A stretch of DNA of 64,000 nt from an uncultured Chloroflexia bacterium (GCA_963813335.1 CAWEYL010000001.1:160001-224000), one strand, 5' to 3'. Shown: positions 20,214-33,077, counted from the first letter of the stretch. The notes: a model not told the origin generated them from the letters alone. Program-made: numbers and translations.

Positions 20214-20962
20214 TGCTCGATGACCTCGACCTCGAGTCGCTGCTCATTGGGGCTGGGGAGAGTCCGCCATCGACCCGGATTGAATTTCGAGATCCGATCG
20301 CCCGCCACGGTGCCGAGGGGATCGAGGCCGTTCGGCCCTGGCTCCAAGACCGTTCCCTGGCCGCGTTTGCCATCCGCGTGATCCGTCGGTCGGCTGACTT
20401 CGGTGCTCGTGAGCTGGCGATCGCGGTTCTTCGAGCCGCAATGGCCAACCTGGAAGAGCCCGCCCTCTCAGATTGCCGTGTCGCCCTCGATGGACTTGGT
20501 GTTGTCGCGACGAGGCCTCGGGCGCCACGCTCTGGCCAAGCGGCCGCGGGACCGGTCATGTCAACGAACGATCTCGTTCAAGGGCGGATCTACAGGCGAA
20601 AAGATCTCCATGATCACGGGCTTGGGGGAAACCGACAGAAGGGCATTAGCTACGGAGCCGCGGCCACCGAAGTGTTGCTGCTATCAGATCCAGGGACCCA
20701 CGCCGAATGGGGATACCGGGACACGTGGCAGGGGACCGATAGCTACCTCTACTACGGCGAGTGGAGCGGCTCCGGAGACATGACATTCACGGGCGGGAAT
20801 CAGGCGATCCTCGATCGGTCGCCGGAGATTCACCTGTTCACGAAGACGAGTGGCGGTCACCAATACCAAGGGCGCTTCGCGTGCGAAGGCTGGGATCACG
20901 TGCCCGCCAGTCGGGATGGGCGCCCATGGCAGGCAATCGTATTCAGGCTCGTTCGCGCGTAG
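20213..20962 (+). CDS. Protein with helical N-domain and ScoMcrA-like SRA domain (no HNH)
   Basis: TGATG overlap with the DUF2075 stop. GRIYRRKDLH..GGNRQKGIS...GYRDTW...YLYYGE..SGDMTF..GNQAI...IHLF...YQGRF matches the SRA modules of modification-dependent restriction enzymes. Confidence 0.7.
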   Translation: MLDDLDLESLLIGAGESPPSTRIEFRDPIARHGAEGIEAVRPWLQDRSLAAFAIRVIRRSADFGARELAIAVLRAAMANLEEPALSDCRVALDGLGVVATRPRAPRSGQAAAGPVMSTNDLVQGRIYRRKDLHDHGLGGNRQKGISYGAAATEVLLLSDPGTHAEWGYRDTWQGTDSYLYYGEWSGSGDMTFTGGNQAILDRSPEIHLFTKTSGGHQYQGRFACEGWDHVPASRDGRPWQAIVFRLVRA

Positions 20963-20983
20963 GTCCACCGACCACCACGACGT

Positions 20984-21602
20984 CTAGCCCGCGTCGAACA
21001 GGTCCAGCAGCGTGCTCGCCGGTCGACTGCTTCAGGCCCGCGTCGGTGATCTCGAGGGTCACGGTGTCGTCGTTGGGGTGGTTCGGGTCGTAGATGCGCA
21101 GCTTCCGCGTCGTGCCGTCGTCCGAGTAGCCGTAGGCGAGGACCTGGTGGTTCTGGGTCAGCCCGAACGGGTTCCATGACGACTGCCGGATCAGCCCGAT
21201 GATGCGCATCTTGTCGCCGTCGAGGAAGCCGGTGATCTTGGACCAGTCGCGGTCGACCGCGCGCTCGCCGGGCTTCGGCCGGCGCCACGCCGACAGCGCG
21301 TAGAACCGCAGCGGGACCTTCATCCAGTCGAGCGACAGGACCTGCCGCCGGACGATCGCCTGGAACAGCGGCGAGCCGTTGGCCGGCGGCGTCGTGTCCG
21401 CCGGGATCGGCTTCTTCGCCTCGAACTGCTCGCGGGTGTACCAGCTCATCCCGCCGCACAGCCCGGAGCTGGCGTCCCCGATGCCGACCCAGCGCGGGTC
21501 CAGCGGCCCGAGCTTGACGGTCGGCCCGGGTGGGAACGAGTTCGAGAAGTGGAGCCCGTTGGTGGTCGGCAGGAACCCCGCCACGACATGCGAACCGCTC
21601 AT
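20984..21602 (-). CDS. Hypothetical protein, possible papain-like cysteine peptidase (probable frameshift ~21013)
   Basis: GLCGGMS ... NHQVLAYGY ... IYDPN gives a Cys-His-Asp order. The shifted frame ends LLDLFDAG* at 20984; the unshifted ORF ends at 20943. Confidence 0.6.
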
Positions 21603-21679
21603 GGTCGAAGCCTACGCCGACCCCGTCTCGGGCGCGTCTCGCCGCCGTCTCGACGGGTCCCGTGGCGCCGCCATCGACC

Positions 21680-21707
21680 TTGACAGGTCATGATGGGTGA
21701 CTATGAT
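21680..21707 (+). promoter_or_regulatory. Sigma70-type promoter of the TA operon
   Basis: TTGACA (21680-85), 16 bp spacer, TATGAT (21702-07), then ATG at 21716. A GTCA-N7-TGAC inverted repeat lies in the spacer. Confidence 0.65.
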
Positions 21708-21715
21708 ACTCAGCC

Positions 21716-22030
21716 ATGAGAACCGTGACGGCGATGGACATGCGCAAGCGCCTCGGCGAGATCCTCGATGCCGCCTCCGCAGGCGAGCGGATCCTCATCG
21801 AACGCGACCATCGACCGCTGGCTTACTTGGTGTCGGTGGAGGATGGGGAGCGGCTGAGCCAGGTAGCCGACGACATCCGCCGCCGCAGGTTGGTCGCGCT
21901 GGATCGACTCGAGGCGTTCGGCAAGGAGATGCGCCTGAGGTATCCGCCGCAGCCTGGCGATCTCGACGCCGTCGCATCCGTCCGGCTGGATCGGGACCGC
22001 GACGAGCCCGGGAGGTCCGGCGATGACTGA
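21716..22030 (+). CDS. Phd/YefM-family antitoxin
   Basis: MRTVTAMDMRKRLGEILDAASAGERILIER..RPLAYLV. Confidence 0.88.
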   Translation: MRTVTAMDMRKRLGEILDAASAGERILIERDHRPLAYLVSVEDGERLSQVADDIRRRRLVALDRLEAFGKEMRLRYPPQPGDLDAVASVRLDRDRDEPGRSGDD

Positions 22031-22556
22031 CCTGCCGCCCATCGTGGTGGACTCGTCCGTCGCCATCTCCCTGGTCCGTGACGAACCGAGCGCGGCGCTT
22101 GTCCGACCGTTCATCCGGGAGTGGGCCGAGGCTGGGCGGTCACTCGTCGTGCCGTCGCTGTTCTGGCTTGAGGTCCTCAACCCCCTCGCGCGACAACATG
22201 GCGCTTCGAGCCAGGATCTCCTGAACGCCGTGGACGAGCTGGACGAACTTGCCTTGACCACGGTCGATCCCGACCGTCCGCTGATGCTCCTGACCATCGA
22301 CCACATCGAACGCTACGGCTTGACGGCATATGACGCGCACTACTTGGCGCTGGCCACGCAGCTATCGGCGAGCCTCGCGACCCTGGACTCCGTGCTTGGA
22401 GTCGCGGCAGGCGCCCGCTGGATCGGTTTCGGCGCCGAGCACCGACTGCACGAGACCCCAGCCGTCTACGAACACGACGTCACGTGGCCGAACTACAAGG
22501 GCGCCTCGGCCTACCTGGCGAAGCTCCGTGCGGAGGCGCTCCGGCCCACGAGCTAG
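22023..22556 (+). CDS. vapC: VapC PIN-domain toxin
   Basis: IVVDSSVAI, LEVLN, LTAYDAHYLALA, LATLD. Overlaps the antitoxin stop. Confidence 0.88.
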   Translation: MTDLPPIVVDSSVAISLVRDEPSAALVRPFIREWAEAGRSLVVPSLFWLEVLNPLARQHGASSQDLLNAVDELDELALTTVDPDRPLMLLTIDHIERYGLTAYDAHYLALATQLSASLATLDSVLGVAAGARWIGFGAEHRLHETPAVYEHDVTWPNYKGASAYLAKLRAEALRPTS

Positions 22557-22591
22557 GCCATACTGGCCGGCGAGCGCGTCAGGAGGGGTCC

Positions 22592-23875
22592 ATGCCGCCG
22601 TTCTTCTGGTCCCAGAAGCAGGACATCGGGCCAAGCCCTCGAGCGGGCCACGCGATGGCCCTCGATGCCGTCCGCAAGAAGATCGTCATGTTCAGCGGGG
22701 TCTCAGGGGACCAGGCCGTCAGCGACACGTGGACATGGGACGGGTCGCTCTGGACGCAGGCGGCCGACACCGGTCCATCGGCCCGCTTCGGCCATGCGAT
22801 GGCCTTCGATGCCGCGCGCGGCGTCACGGTCTTGTTCGGCGGTCGCATCCCCGGACAAGGCCCGCTTGGCGACACCTGGATCTGGGACGGCGAGCTCTGG
22901 ACGCAGGTCGCCGACACCGGTCCCATGGCCCGGTCCGGGCACGCCCTGGCCGACGACCCGGTCGCCACGGCCGTCGTACTCTTCGGCGGGATCGCGGGCG
23001 CGCCGCTCGGCGACACCTGGACGTGGGATGGCGAGCTCTGGACGCAGGTGCAGGACATCGGTCCATCGGCCCGGAGCGGTCACGCCATGGCGCCGATCAG
23101 CGGTTCCGGACGAGCGCTGCTGTATGGCGGCTTCGGAGGCGACGGCAACGGGCTGGCCGATACCTGGCGCTGGGATGGGGCCACATGGACTGCGGTAGCG
23201 GATGTCGGCCCGGGGCCACGGATCGGCGCGACGCTGACGGGCGTCGGGGCGGGCGCGATCCTCTTCGGCGGCGTCGATTCCGTGTCCGCTGGGCCCGCTG
23301 ATCGCTCGGTGCGTGGCGACACATGGCGATGGGATCCCGGGACCTGGACGCAGATCCAGGACATCGGGCCGAGCCCGCGGTTCGGTCATTCGATGGCGAT
23401 GGGGTCGGATGGCGCGCGACTGGCGATCTTCGGCGGGTCGTCGTCACGCGTCGTGGCCCAGGACCCAGACGCCGGGACGACCCTGCTCCGGGATACCTGG
23501 GAGGCGCCGGTCGAGGCAGGCGCGGTGCCGGGTCAACCGGGAGCCGGCGGCGTCGAGGTCGCCAGCGTCACGATCACCGCCGACAACAGTCTGCATACCA
23601 ACGCGGCGTTGCCGGTTGCGATCTCGCTGTCAGCCGCGGTGCCGGCTTCCGTCGCCGTGGAGGTCCACATCCACGCGGGCAACGGCGCCGGCCCGCCGAT
23701 CGACCCTCCGTACGTCGTGTTCCCACCGACGGTGATCGTGCCATCCGGCGTGGCTGTCTACACGTTCCTGCTGTCCGCGGGGCCCGGACTGCCTCCCGGG
23801 GGTGCGCGGACCGTCGTCGTGAACGTCCAGGGAAGTGCCGTGAAGAGGAGCGCTCTGTTCCTCTTGCGCGGCTAG
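22592..23875 (+). CDS. Kelch-like beta-propeller repeat protein with C-terminal beta-rich domain
   Basis: About 6 repeats of LFGG...DTW.WDG..WTQV.D.GP..R.GH.MA. SD AGGAGG precedes ATG 22592. No signal peptide. Confidence 0.8.
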   Translation: MPPFFWSQKQDIGPSPRAGHAMALDAVRKKIVMFSGVSGDQAVSDTWTWDGSLWTQAADTGPSARFGHAMAFDAARGVTVLFGGRIPGQGPLGDTWIWDGELWTQVADTGPMARSGHALADDPVATAVVLFGGIAGAPLGDTWTWDGELWTQVQDIGPSARSGHAMAPISGSGRALLYGGFGGDGNGLADTWRWDGATWTAVADVGPGPRIGATLTGVGAGAILFGGVDSVSAGPADRSVRGDTWRWDPGTWTQIQDIGPSPRFGHSMAMGSDGARLAIFGGSSSRVVAQDPDAGTTLLRDTWEAPVEAGAVPGQPGAGGVEVASVTITADNSLHTNAALPVAISLSAAVPASVAVEVHIHAGNGAGPPIDPPYVVFPPTVIVPSGVAVYTFLLSAGPGLPPGGARTVVVNVQGSAVKRSALFLLRG

Positions 23876-24765
23876 GCCATCTCCGCGCCGGACGCCCGGG
23901 CCGCGGCCGCGAACATCTCGATCGGCTCGTCGCTGTCGGCGCAGCCGGGGACCAGGGTCATGACCCGGTCGACGCCGAGCGCGGCGTAGTCGGCGAGCAG
24001 CTGCTCCACCACGGCCTGGTCCTTCGACATCCCTTCGCCCCAGATGTGGACCGACAGGGCGAGGGTGTCGGGGTCGCGGCCGATCTCCTCGCACCGCGAC
24101 CGGATCACGGGGAGTGCCTCGGCGACGTCGGCCGGCTCCATCCCGTCGACGTTGAGCTCGTCCGCGTACTTCGCGGCCAGCCGCCAGGTCACGTTGGGCC
24201 CGTTGCCGCCGACCATGATCGGGACGCGCGGCTGCTGGATGGGCTTCGGGACGTTCCGTGCGTTCTTCACGCTCGAGTAGTTGCCGGAGAAGGTGGCGTG
24301 CTGGTGCTTGTCGCCGGCCAGCATCGCGGTGATGACGCCGAGGTCGTCGCCGAGCCGCGCCAGCCGCTCCCTCGTCTCGGGGAAGCCGTAGCCGTAGGCG
24401 TCCCACTCGTCGCGTTTCCAGCCCGCGCCGATGCCGAGGTCCATCCGCCCGCCGCTGATGGTGTCCATCGTCGAGATCATCTTCGCGGTGAGGGCGGGAT
24501 TGCGGAACGCGGTGCAGATGACGATGTGCCCGAGCCGGACGCGCGTGGTCAGCGCGGCCAGCGCGGAGAGCGACGTGAACGACTCGAAGGTGATCTCGTC
24601 GGTCGGCCGCGGGACCGTGTGGAAGTGGTCGAAGAGCCAGACGGACTCGAAGCCGAGGCGCTCGGCCAGGGCGGTCACCTCGGTCGTGCGCTGCCATGCC
24701 TTGAGCGAGTCCCACCCGTCGTAGTCGCCGGTCCAGCCCTGCGGCGCGATCACCCCGACCTTCAT
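23872..24765 (-). CDS. LLM-class (probably F420-dependent) oxidoreductase
   Basis: [54 protein letters not shown]. Confidence 0.9.
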   Translation of the reverse strand: MKVGVIAPQGWTGDYDGWDSLKAWQRTTEVTALAERLGFESVWLFDHFHTVPRPTDEITFESFTSLSALAALTTRVRLGHIVICTAFRNPALTAKMISTMDTISGGRMDLGIGAGWKRDEWDAYGYGFPETRERLARLGDDLGVITAMLAGDKHQHATFSGNYSSVKNARNVPKPIQQPRVPIMVGGNGPNVTWRLAAKYADELNVDGMEPADVAEALPVIRSRCEEIGRDPDTLALSVHIWGEGMSKDQAVVEQLLADYAALGVDRVMTLVPGCADSDEPIEMFAAAARASGAEMA

Positions 24766-25820
24766 CGTCCGGCCTCCAGGTCCAGGAGCAGTTGGGCGAG
24801 CTCGAGCGCGTTGGTGGCGCCGTAGTTCGCGTAGCAGTTGTTGAACAGGACGTGGGTGTCCTTCGCCTGCCCGGCGGTCTCGCGGACCCGCGGCGCCCAC
24901 TCGGCCAGTTCGTCCCGATCGTACAGGTATCGGAAGCGCTCGACGGTCTGGATCCCCTGCGCCTCCCAGGTCGCGGTGCGGCGACCGTGGAAGCGCACGA
25001 TCGCGAGGTCCGGCGAGGTCGCGGCGACGACCGCCGGGACGCTCGACTTGAACCCCTGCGGCCCGTCGACGATGACCAGCGGGATGCGCCGGTCGGCCAG
25101 GAAGCCGAGCGTCCGCTCGAGGTTCTTCTCGTTGAACCACGACGCGCTCCGGAACTCGACCGCGCCGGTCATCCCGGCCTCGGCGAGCCGCCCGACCGCC
25201 TCCTCGATGGCGTCGCGGTTCTCCGACGAGGTGTAGAACCAGCGCGGGTACTGGAGCAGGATCGAGCCCAGCTGGCCAGCGTCCTTGAGCGGCTCGAGGC
25301 CGTCGGCGAACCAGGCCCACACGTCGTCGCGGAGCGCGTCCGGCAGGTCCTTGGCGTACAGGCGCGGCTTGATGGTCAGCTCGGCCGGGAGCGCCTCGCG
25401 CAGGTCCTTCGGCAGCCGCTTGGTCTCGGTCGGCTGCCCCGTCATCAGCGCGTGCGCCTTGACGTCGAACGTGAAGTCGGGCGGCGTGCGCTCGACCCAG
25501 AGCTCGGCCGTGCGCCGGGATGGGAGGGCGTAGTAGGTCGCGTCGACCTCGACCAGCGGGAAGCGGCTCGCGTAGTAGCCGAGCCGCTCCTCGGCGGTGT
25601 CGGCGTCGCGCGGGTAGAACACGCCGGCCGCCGTCATCGTCGGGTCCGTCCACGACGCGGTGCCGAGGCGGACCGTGCCGTCGCCGATGGTGAACGGCTC
25701 CGCGGCGACGTCGGGCGGGAGGTCGTGGATCCGGTCGCCGGCCGCGTCGGGCCCAGGATCGTGGGCCGGGTCCAGGTCGGGTGCGTCGGTGCGGACCAGC
25801 GCGGGAGACGCCTTGGGCAT
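24762..25820 (-). CDS. DUF72-family protein
   Basis: [51 protein letters not shown] 25820 is preceded by a CACCAT -10-like element. Confidence 0.88.
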   Translation of the reverse strand: MPKASPALVRTDAPDLDPAHDPGPDAAGDRIHDLPPDVAAEPFTIGDGTVRLGTASWTDPTMTAAGVFYPRDADTAEERLGYYASRFPLVEVDATYYALPSRRTAELWVERTPPDFTFDVKAHALMTGQPTETKRLPKDLREALPAELTIKPRLYAKDLPDALRDDVWAWFADGLEPLKDAGQLGSILLQYPRWFYTSSENRDAIEEAVGRLAEAGMTGAVEFRSASWFNEKNLERTLGFLADRRIPLVIVDGPQGFKSSVPAVVAATSPDLAIVRFHGRRTATWEAQGIQTVERFRYLYDRDELAEWAPRVRETAGQAKDTHVLFNNCYANYGATNALELAQLLLDLEAGR

Positions 25821-25855
25821 GCCGCTATGGTGCCGCGTCGACTCCGGTCGTGCTC

Positions 25856-27587
25856 TTACGCGCCGTGGTCCCACCCGGGCTGCCGTCCGGGACCCGGGGG
25901 CGGCATGGCGGGCAGCGACCACGTGGATCCGGATGATCGTGGGCTCGATGCCGACGGCCGCGAGCGAGCCGTGCTCCGGGGTGACGATGTCGAGGACCAG
26001 GAGGTAGTCGCCCGGCGCGCTCGGCACGGGCAGCGCGAGGACGGCGTCGGTGGGCGTGTTCGGGGCCAGGCCGGGGGCCAGGTCCGTGCTCACGTCGTGC
26101 GGGACCGCCGGGGCGAGCAGGTCGAGCGGGACCCAGTGGCCGATGATCGACGCGGCCGATGCGGGGTCGGTGCCGGCGGCGGCACGGCCCCACGGCGACG
26201 TCCCGAGGTTGACCGCACCGATCGGGAGCTGGACCGTCGTGCCGGCGGCGAACGTGGCGCTCGGGGCGACGGCGAGCGCGCCGTCGAGGTCGCCCGTCAC
26301 CCGGACGACGACGGTCGGCAGCATGGCCTGCGTGGTGGCATCGAAGGCGACGCCGTCGGCGTCGTGGAGCGTGATGGTCAGCCGGTAGTGGCCGGGCGTG
26401 GTCGGCAGGGCCGCCGAGAGCGACATGGTCTTCTGGCCGATGGCGAGGTCGGTCGGCGAGACCACCTGGCCCGGCACCTCCGGCGTCACGAGCGCGAGGT
26501 CGCCGGCGGGGATGGGCGGGGGCGTCGGGCTCGGCGTCGGATCCGGCGGGGTGGTGGAGACGGTATCGATGCGGGCCCAGCGAAGGCTGGCTTCGAGCGC
26601 CGCCGGGAGGCGTCCCCGGTCGCCGATCCTGAACGGGAGGCTCAGCTTCGTGGTGGTGCCTGCCGTCGTGGCGATCGAGAACCGCGGCGCGCCGAAGCTC
26701 AGGCCCGTCCCGAGCAGGCTGGCCGGGCCCGGGTCGACGAAGGCGTGCGAGACGCTCGCCGATCCGCGGGCGCCGGCGCGGACGTCGGCGGGCACGAGCC
26801 CGGCCTTCAGGACGATCGAGCGCTCGAAGCCCGAGTCCGCGCTCTTGGGATCCATCTGTGCGAGGAAGCCGGGGTTGCGGGCGCTCTCGAACGCGAACGC
26901 ATGGCCGTTGGCGCTGGGTGCCGCGCGCCAGGTGGAATCGATGGACTTGCCGCCGCCGAGGACCGCCTTCACGTAGCCGGCGGGGCTCGCGTACGCCTCC
27001 GCGATGACCGCCGACGCGCCGGCCGCGATGAACCCGGCGGCGAAGTTGTCGACGCGCTGCTCGGCGATCGCGAGGGTGCCCTCGGCGAGGCCCGGCTCGG
27101 ACAGGCCGCTGGCGTAGCACAGGTGGTGGAGCAGGACGACCGCGTCCTTGGCCAGGTGGATGGAAGCGGCGATCCGCCCCTCCCCGTAGTACTGATGCGT
27201 GGCGTCGTCCCCGCCCGCGGACGGGTTCAGGCCGAAGCCGTCCTGGGTCGGCGGGTAGAGCGAGTCGCGGTACGGGCTGGGCCAGCCGTTGCCGTGGCCC
27301 ATGTACACGACGAGCGACGCGTCCTGGAGCGCGGCCCTGACCGCCGTCCACGTGGCGTTCGGCGAGTAGATCTCGGTGACGTCCGGGGTGTACCGGCGGG
27401 CGACAGCCGCGGCCGCCCTCGCCTCCGCGCGGTAGCCGTCCGTGGCGCTGCCCGCCGGTCCGACGATCAGCACGACCTTGGGGACGGGGGCCGTCCGGGC
27501 GGCGGTCGCTCCCGGCGCGACGAACCCCGCCGACGCGAGGACGCCGGCGGCGACGAGCGCCGCAAGGATCGAACCCGGCCGTCTCAC
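25856..27587 (-). CDS. Secreted protein with possible clan-CD peptidase-like domain and Ig-like C-terminal domains (3' end uncertain)
   Basis: Signal peptide; LVVYMGHG and HLCYASG motifs; C-terminal N.G..PW...GHW...PGDYLLVLD. As assembled it reads in-frame into DUF72. An off-frame TAA at 25856 may be the true stop. Confidence 0.6.
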
Positions 27588-27761
27588 GGTCGACGGCTAC
27601 CTCCGATGACAGCCTCCCACCTTTCGGCGGAGGAAGGGGAGCGTACTTCCGTTCGACGGGACCCGACCATAGTCGGTTGCCCCTATCCACCGCTTATCCG
27701 GCCGATAGCGGTGCGACGCGTCACCGCCGTGCGCGTCACCGCCGTGCGCCACACTGCGACC

Positions 27762-29829
<2,068 letters not shown>

Positions 29830-29833
<4 letters not shown>

Positions 29834-31147
29834 GCGACCTGGTCGAGTCGGCGCCGCCGGTCGAGCCGCGCCCGGCCGCGACCCTCGTGCTGTTCCGGCA
29901 TGGCCTGTCGGGGCCGGAGGTCCTGCTCGGCCGCCGGCCGCCTTCGATGGCGTTCGCCCCGGACGTCCATGTCTTCCCGGGCGGCCGCGTGGACCCGGCC
30001 GACGCCCACCCGAGCCTGATCGCGCGCTCCGTCATCTCGCCGGCGGCCGCCGCGGCGGCGCTCGGCGGGGACGTGCCGCCGACGCGGGCGATCTCCAAGT
30101 ACATCGCCGCGATCCGCGAGGCCTTCGAGGAGGCCGGGGTGCTGCTCGCCGATGCCGACGACGTGTCGTCATCGATGCTTCGCGAGGCCCGCAGCGCGCT
30201 CGTCGGCGGTGAGATCCATTTCCAGGCGCTGGCTGCGCAGCTCGACCTGCGGCTTCGCACGGACCTGCTGGTCTCGATCTCGCGCTGGGTGACGCCGCCC
30301 TCGATGCCGCGCCGCTTCGATGCGCGGTTCTTCGCCGCAGAGCTCCCGGAGGGGGCGAGCGCGTCCCTGCACGGCGACGAGGTCGTGGAGCAGACGTGGA
30401 TCCGCCCCGGCGACGCGCTCGAGGCGATGGCCGAGGGCACGCTCCAGCTGTGGCCGCCGACCGCGGCGACGCTCCAGCAGCTGGAGCACGTGACGTCGTT
30501 CGACCAGGTCCGCGACCGCCTCGCGACCGGTCCGCTCGGAGCGGTGCATGTCGAGTCGGTGGCGCTCGACACCACCCGCATCCTGATGCCGGCGCCGGCG
30601 GCGTCGCGGGGCAGACCGTCGACGCCTACCTCGTCGGCCGCCGGTCGTTCGTGCTCGTCGACCCGGGCGACCCGACCGGGCCGGCGCTCGACCGGGCGGT
30701 CGAGCTGGCGGCGGAGCTCGGTGGCACGATCCGGGCGATCGCGCTGACCCACGTCGATCCGGACCATTCGGCCGGGGCGGAGGTCCTCGCCGAGCGGCTC
30801 GAGATCCCGATCCTGGTGGGTCCGGGCGGCGGCCGGCTCGCTGCCGTACGAGACCCGCGCAGCTCGCCGACGGCGAGCGGATCGACCTCGCCGACGTGCC
30901 GCTGACCGTCGTGACCACCCCGGGTATCCGACCCGACCACGTGGCGTTCGTGGTCGGCGAGGGGACCGCCGTCCTGACCGGCGACCTCGACGGGCGGCGC
31001 GGCTCGCGGATGCTCCCCGGCCCGCTCGACACGTCCGCGCTGGCCGCGTCGCGCGCACGCCTCGCGAGCGTGGCGCCCGCCGCGCCACGGCTGTCTGGAC
31101 ACCGAGACGGCGCGGCTATCATCGCCGCGGGAGGGCACGATCGATGA
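29830..31147 (+). CDS. NUDIX + metallo-beta-lactamase-fold fusion (frameshifts ~30597, ~30850)
   Basis: PRPAATLV, VFPGGRVD, AAIREAFEEAG, WVTP..RRFDARFF; then VLVDPG, THVDPDH, TPG, LTGD. Confidence 0.78.
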
Positions 31148-32194
31148 CCGACACGCCGGCGGACGAGACCCGGGACGAGGAGACGGGCACGACCATCGAC
31201 GGAACCCCGTGGGACGAGGCGCGCCCACCGCATCTGCCCGATACGGTGACCGGCACGCCGGCCCCGGCGCTGTTCTTCTTCGCCTGCGCGATCGTCGTGA
31301 CGATCCAGACGGTCCGGGGCATCGACCTCGGCCCGAATCCGCCGGCATCCACGCTGCTGGCACAGACCTTCGCGGTCGTCCCCTCGGTGGTCGCGTTCCT
31401 GCTGCCGGCCATGCTCTTCCTGCGGCATCGCGATGCCTGGAGTGCCCATCGGGCGATCGCCATCGGCGCGATCCTCATCGGCCTGTCGCAGGCGTTCGGG
31501 CTGCTGTCCGGCTCGCTCGAAGGCTTCTTCGAATCGATCACGCCGGCCACTGCCGGGACCGCCTACGTCTTCCCGTCGGCGATCGCGTACAGCGTCTTCG
31601 TCGCCCTGGTCACCGTGATCGGCGTCGCGTTCATCGGCCGCGGCCTGGTCGACGCCCGCGTCTACGAGGACGTCGGCGGCACCCGGCGCTGGTGGGTGGT
31701 CGTGGTGGTCACCGGCTTCATCGCGGCCGCCCTGCGGATCTTCGCCCTCGGCAGCATCCCGACCGACATCGACGCCGAGTCGCTCGCGGCCTACTACTGG
31801 GTGACGATGATCGGCGTGGTCGCGAGCACCCTGGCGATCGTCGCCTGGGCGTACCTGACCGGGAATGCCATCGCGGGACGCCTGGCCGGGGAGCGCCCGG
31901 GGATCGCGTGGCTGGCGACGGCGACCGCCGGCCAGAGCATCCTCTTCGCGTTCGTCGTGGGCGGGCTGATCTCGATGGTGGCGTTCGTCAGCACGCCGCT
32001 GCCGCTCGAGACGTCGCTGACGACCTCGGGGCTGTACGCCGTCGGCCAGCTGCTGCTGCTGGGCGCGTTCGCGGCCGGCCTGCCGACCTCCCACACGCCG
32101 GAGCCCGAAGCCGACGACGACGAGGACGCGACCCGACGCCGAGGCGACCGACGACGAGGCGACCGGCGTCGAGCCCGAGGGCACGACCGCCTAG
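31144..32194 (+). CDS. Multi-pass membrane protein, unknown function (3' end uncertain)
   Basis: ATGA overlap with the upstream gene and about 8 hydrophobic segments. The acidic tail appears frameshifted at ~32135; the likely stop TAG 32192-94 abuts the mug stop. Confidence 0.65.
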
Positions 32195-32793
32195 GCCCGG
32201 TCCACCGGCAACGACGCCGCGAGGTTCCGCAGCAGGTTCAGGCCCTCGTCGACGGATTCGGTCGGCGCGTACGGGCCCGGCATCAGGAAGCACGGCCGGC
32301 CACCCAGCGCGACGCCGGGGAGCTGGCCCCACGGCTCCTCGAGCGGTCGTCCCGCGGCGATCGATGCCGCGCGCTTGTAGATGAACACGACCGCGGCGGG
32401 TCGCCAGAGCGCGATCTTCTGCCAGAGCGGGCCGATCCCGGCGGTCAGGTCCGCGTCGGTGGCCTCGTCGCGGGCGGTCGGCACCTTCAGCAGGTCGGTG
32501 ATGCCGTGGCCGGCGGCGACGAGGGCGTCGTCGGCGGTCTCGATCTCGGTCCCGGGCGGCAGGATGCGGGCCGTGATGAGCCGCTTCCAGAACGTGCGCC
32601 CGAGCTTGCCCTGGTGGTAGTGGCCGGCATCGACGCTGACCGGCGACGGGTTCAGCCCCACGAACAGCAGCCGGTCGCGCATCGGCGGCAGGTCGGCGAG
32701 GGTCTGGACGCGCGTGCCGGCGATGGTGAGGGTCACCAGGTGGGGTCCCGGCCCCGGCCGCTCCATCAGGGCGGCAAGCTCCTCCGGGGTCAC
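32191..32793 (-). CDS. mug: Mismatch-specific uracil/thymine DNA glycosylase
   Basis: TLADL, LLFVGLNPS..S...GHY, FWK.L, GITDL. Confidence 0.8.
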   Translation of the reverse strand: MTPEELAALMERPGPGPHLVTLTIAGTRVQTLADLPPMRDRLLFVGLNPSPVSVDAGHYHQGKLGRTFWKRLITARILPPGTEIETADDALVAAGHGITDLLKVPTARDEATDADLTAGIGPLWQKIALWRPAAVVFIYKRAASIAAGRPLEEPWGQLPGVALGGRPCFLMPGPYAPTESVDEGLNLLRNLAASLPVDRA

Positions 32794-32824
32794 GGCAGCT
32801 GGATGCCCGCGGCCGACGACGAGG

Positions 32825-33052
32825 TCAGGCGGGCGGCTGGGTGCCGGCGCCGGGGCCGGCAGGATCCGAGGGCGCCTCGGGCGACGTGGTCCGCGCCTGG
32901 ATCTCGGCCTGTGCCTTGGCCGCCTCGGACTTGGCGTCCTTGACGCCCTTGCCCAGGGCCGCGCCCCACTTGGGCAGGGTCTTGGGGCCGCGGATCACGA
33001 TCACGGCCACGAGGATGATGATCAGGACGAGCAGGATGTCCGACGGTGCCAT
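32825..33052 (-). CDS. tatA: Twin-arginine translocase TatA/TatE subunit
   Basis: One TM helix followed by GPKTLPKWGAALGKGVKDAK. Confidence 0.8.
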   Translation of the reverse strand: MAPSDILLVLIIILVAVIVIRGPKTLPKWGAALGKGVKDAKSEAAKAQAEIQARTTSPEAPSDPAGPGAGTQPPA

Positions 33053-33077
33053 ACGCGGATGGTACGCCCCGCGGCCG

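Noticed and set aside
22592-23520. DNA repeats at ~150-bp period
   Set aside because: Fully explained by Kelch-like protein repeats.
24762-27587. 941-aa fusion of a secreted protein with DUF72
   Set aside because: A signal-peptide protein fused to a cytoplasmic DUF72 is implausible. DUF72 has its own ATG and -10-like element, and the linker looks like frameshift read-through.
27718-27749. 15-bp tandem duplication GCGTCACCGCCGTGC before yyaL
   Set aside because: Only two copies in an error-prone region, so it could be slippage or artefact. No function can be supported.
31144-32943. 599-aa membrane protein overlapping mug and tatA
   Set aside because: The C-terminal part is Arg-rich antisense read-through. 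The true stop is probably at 32194.
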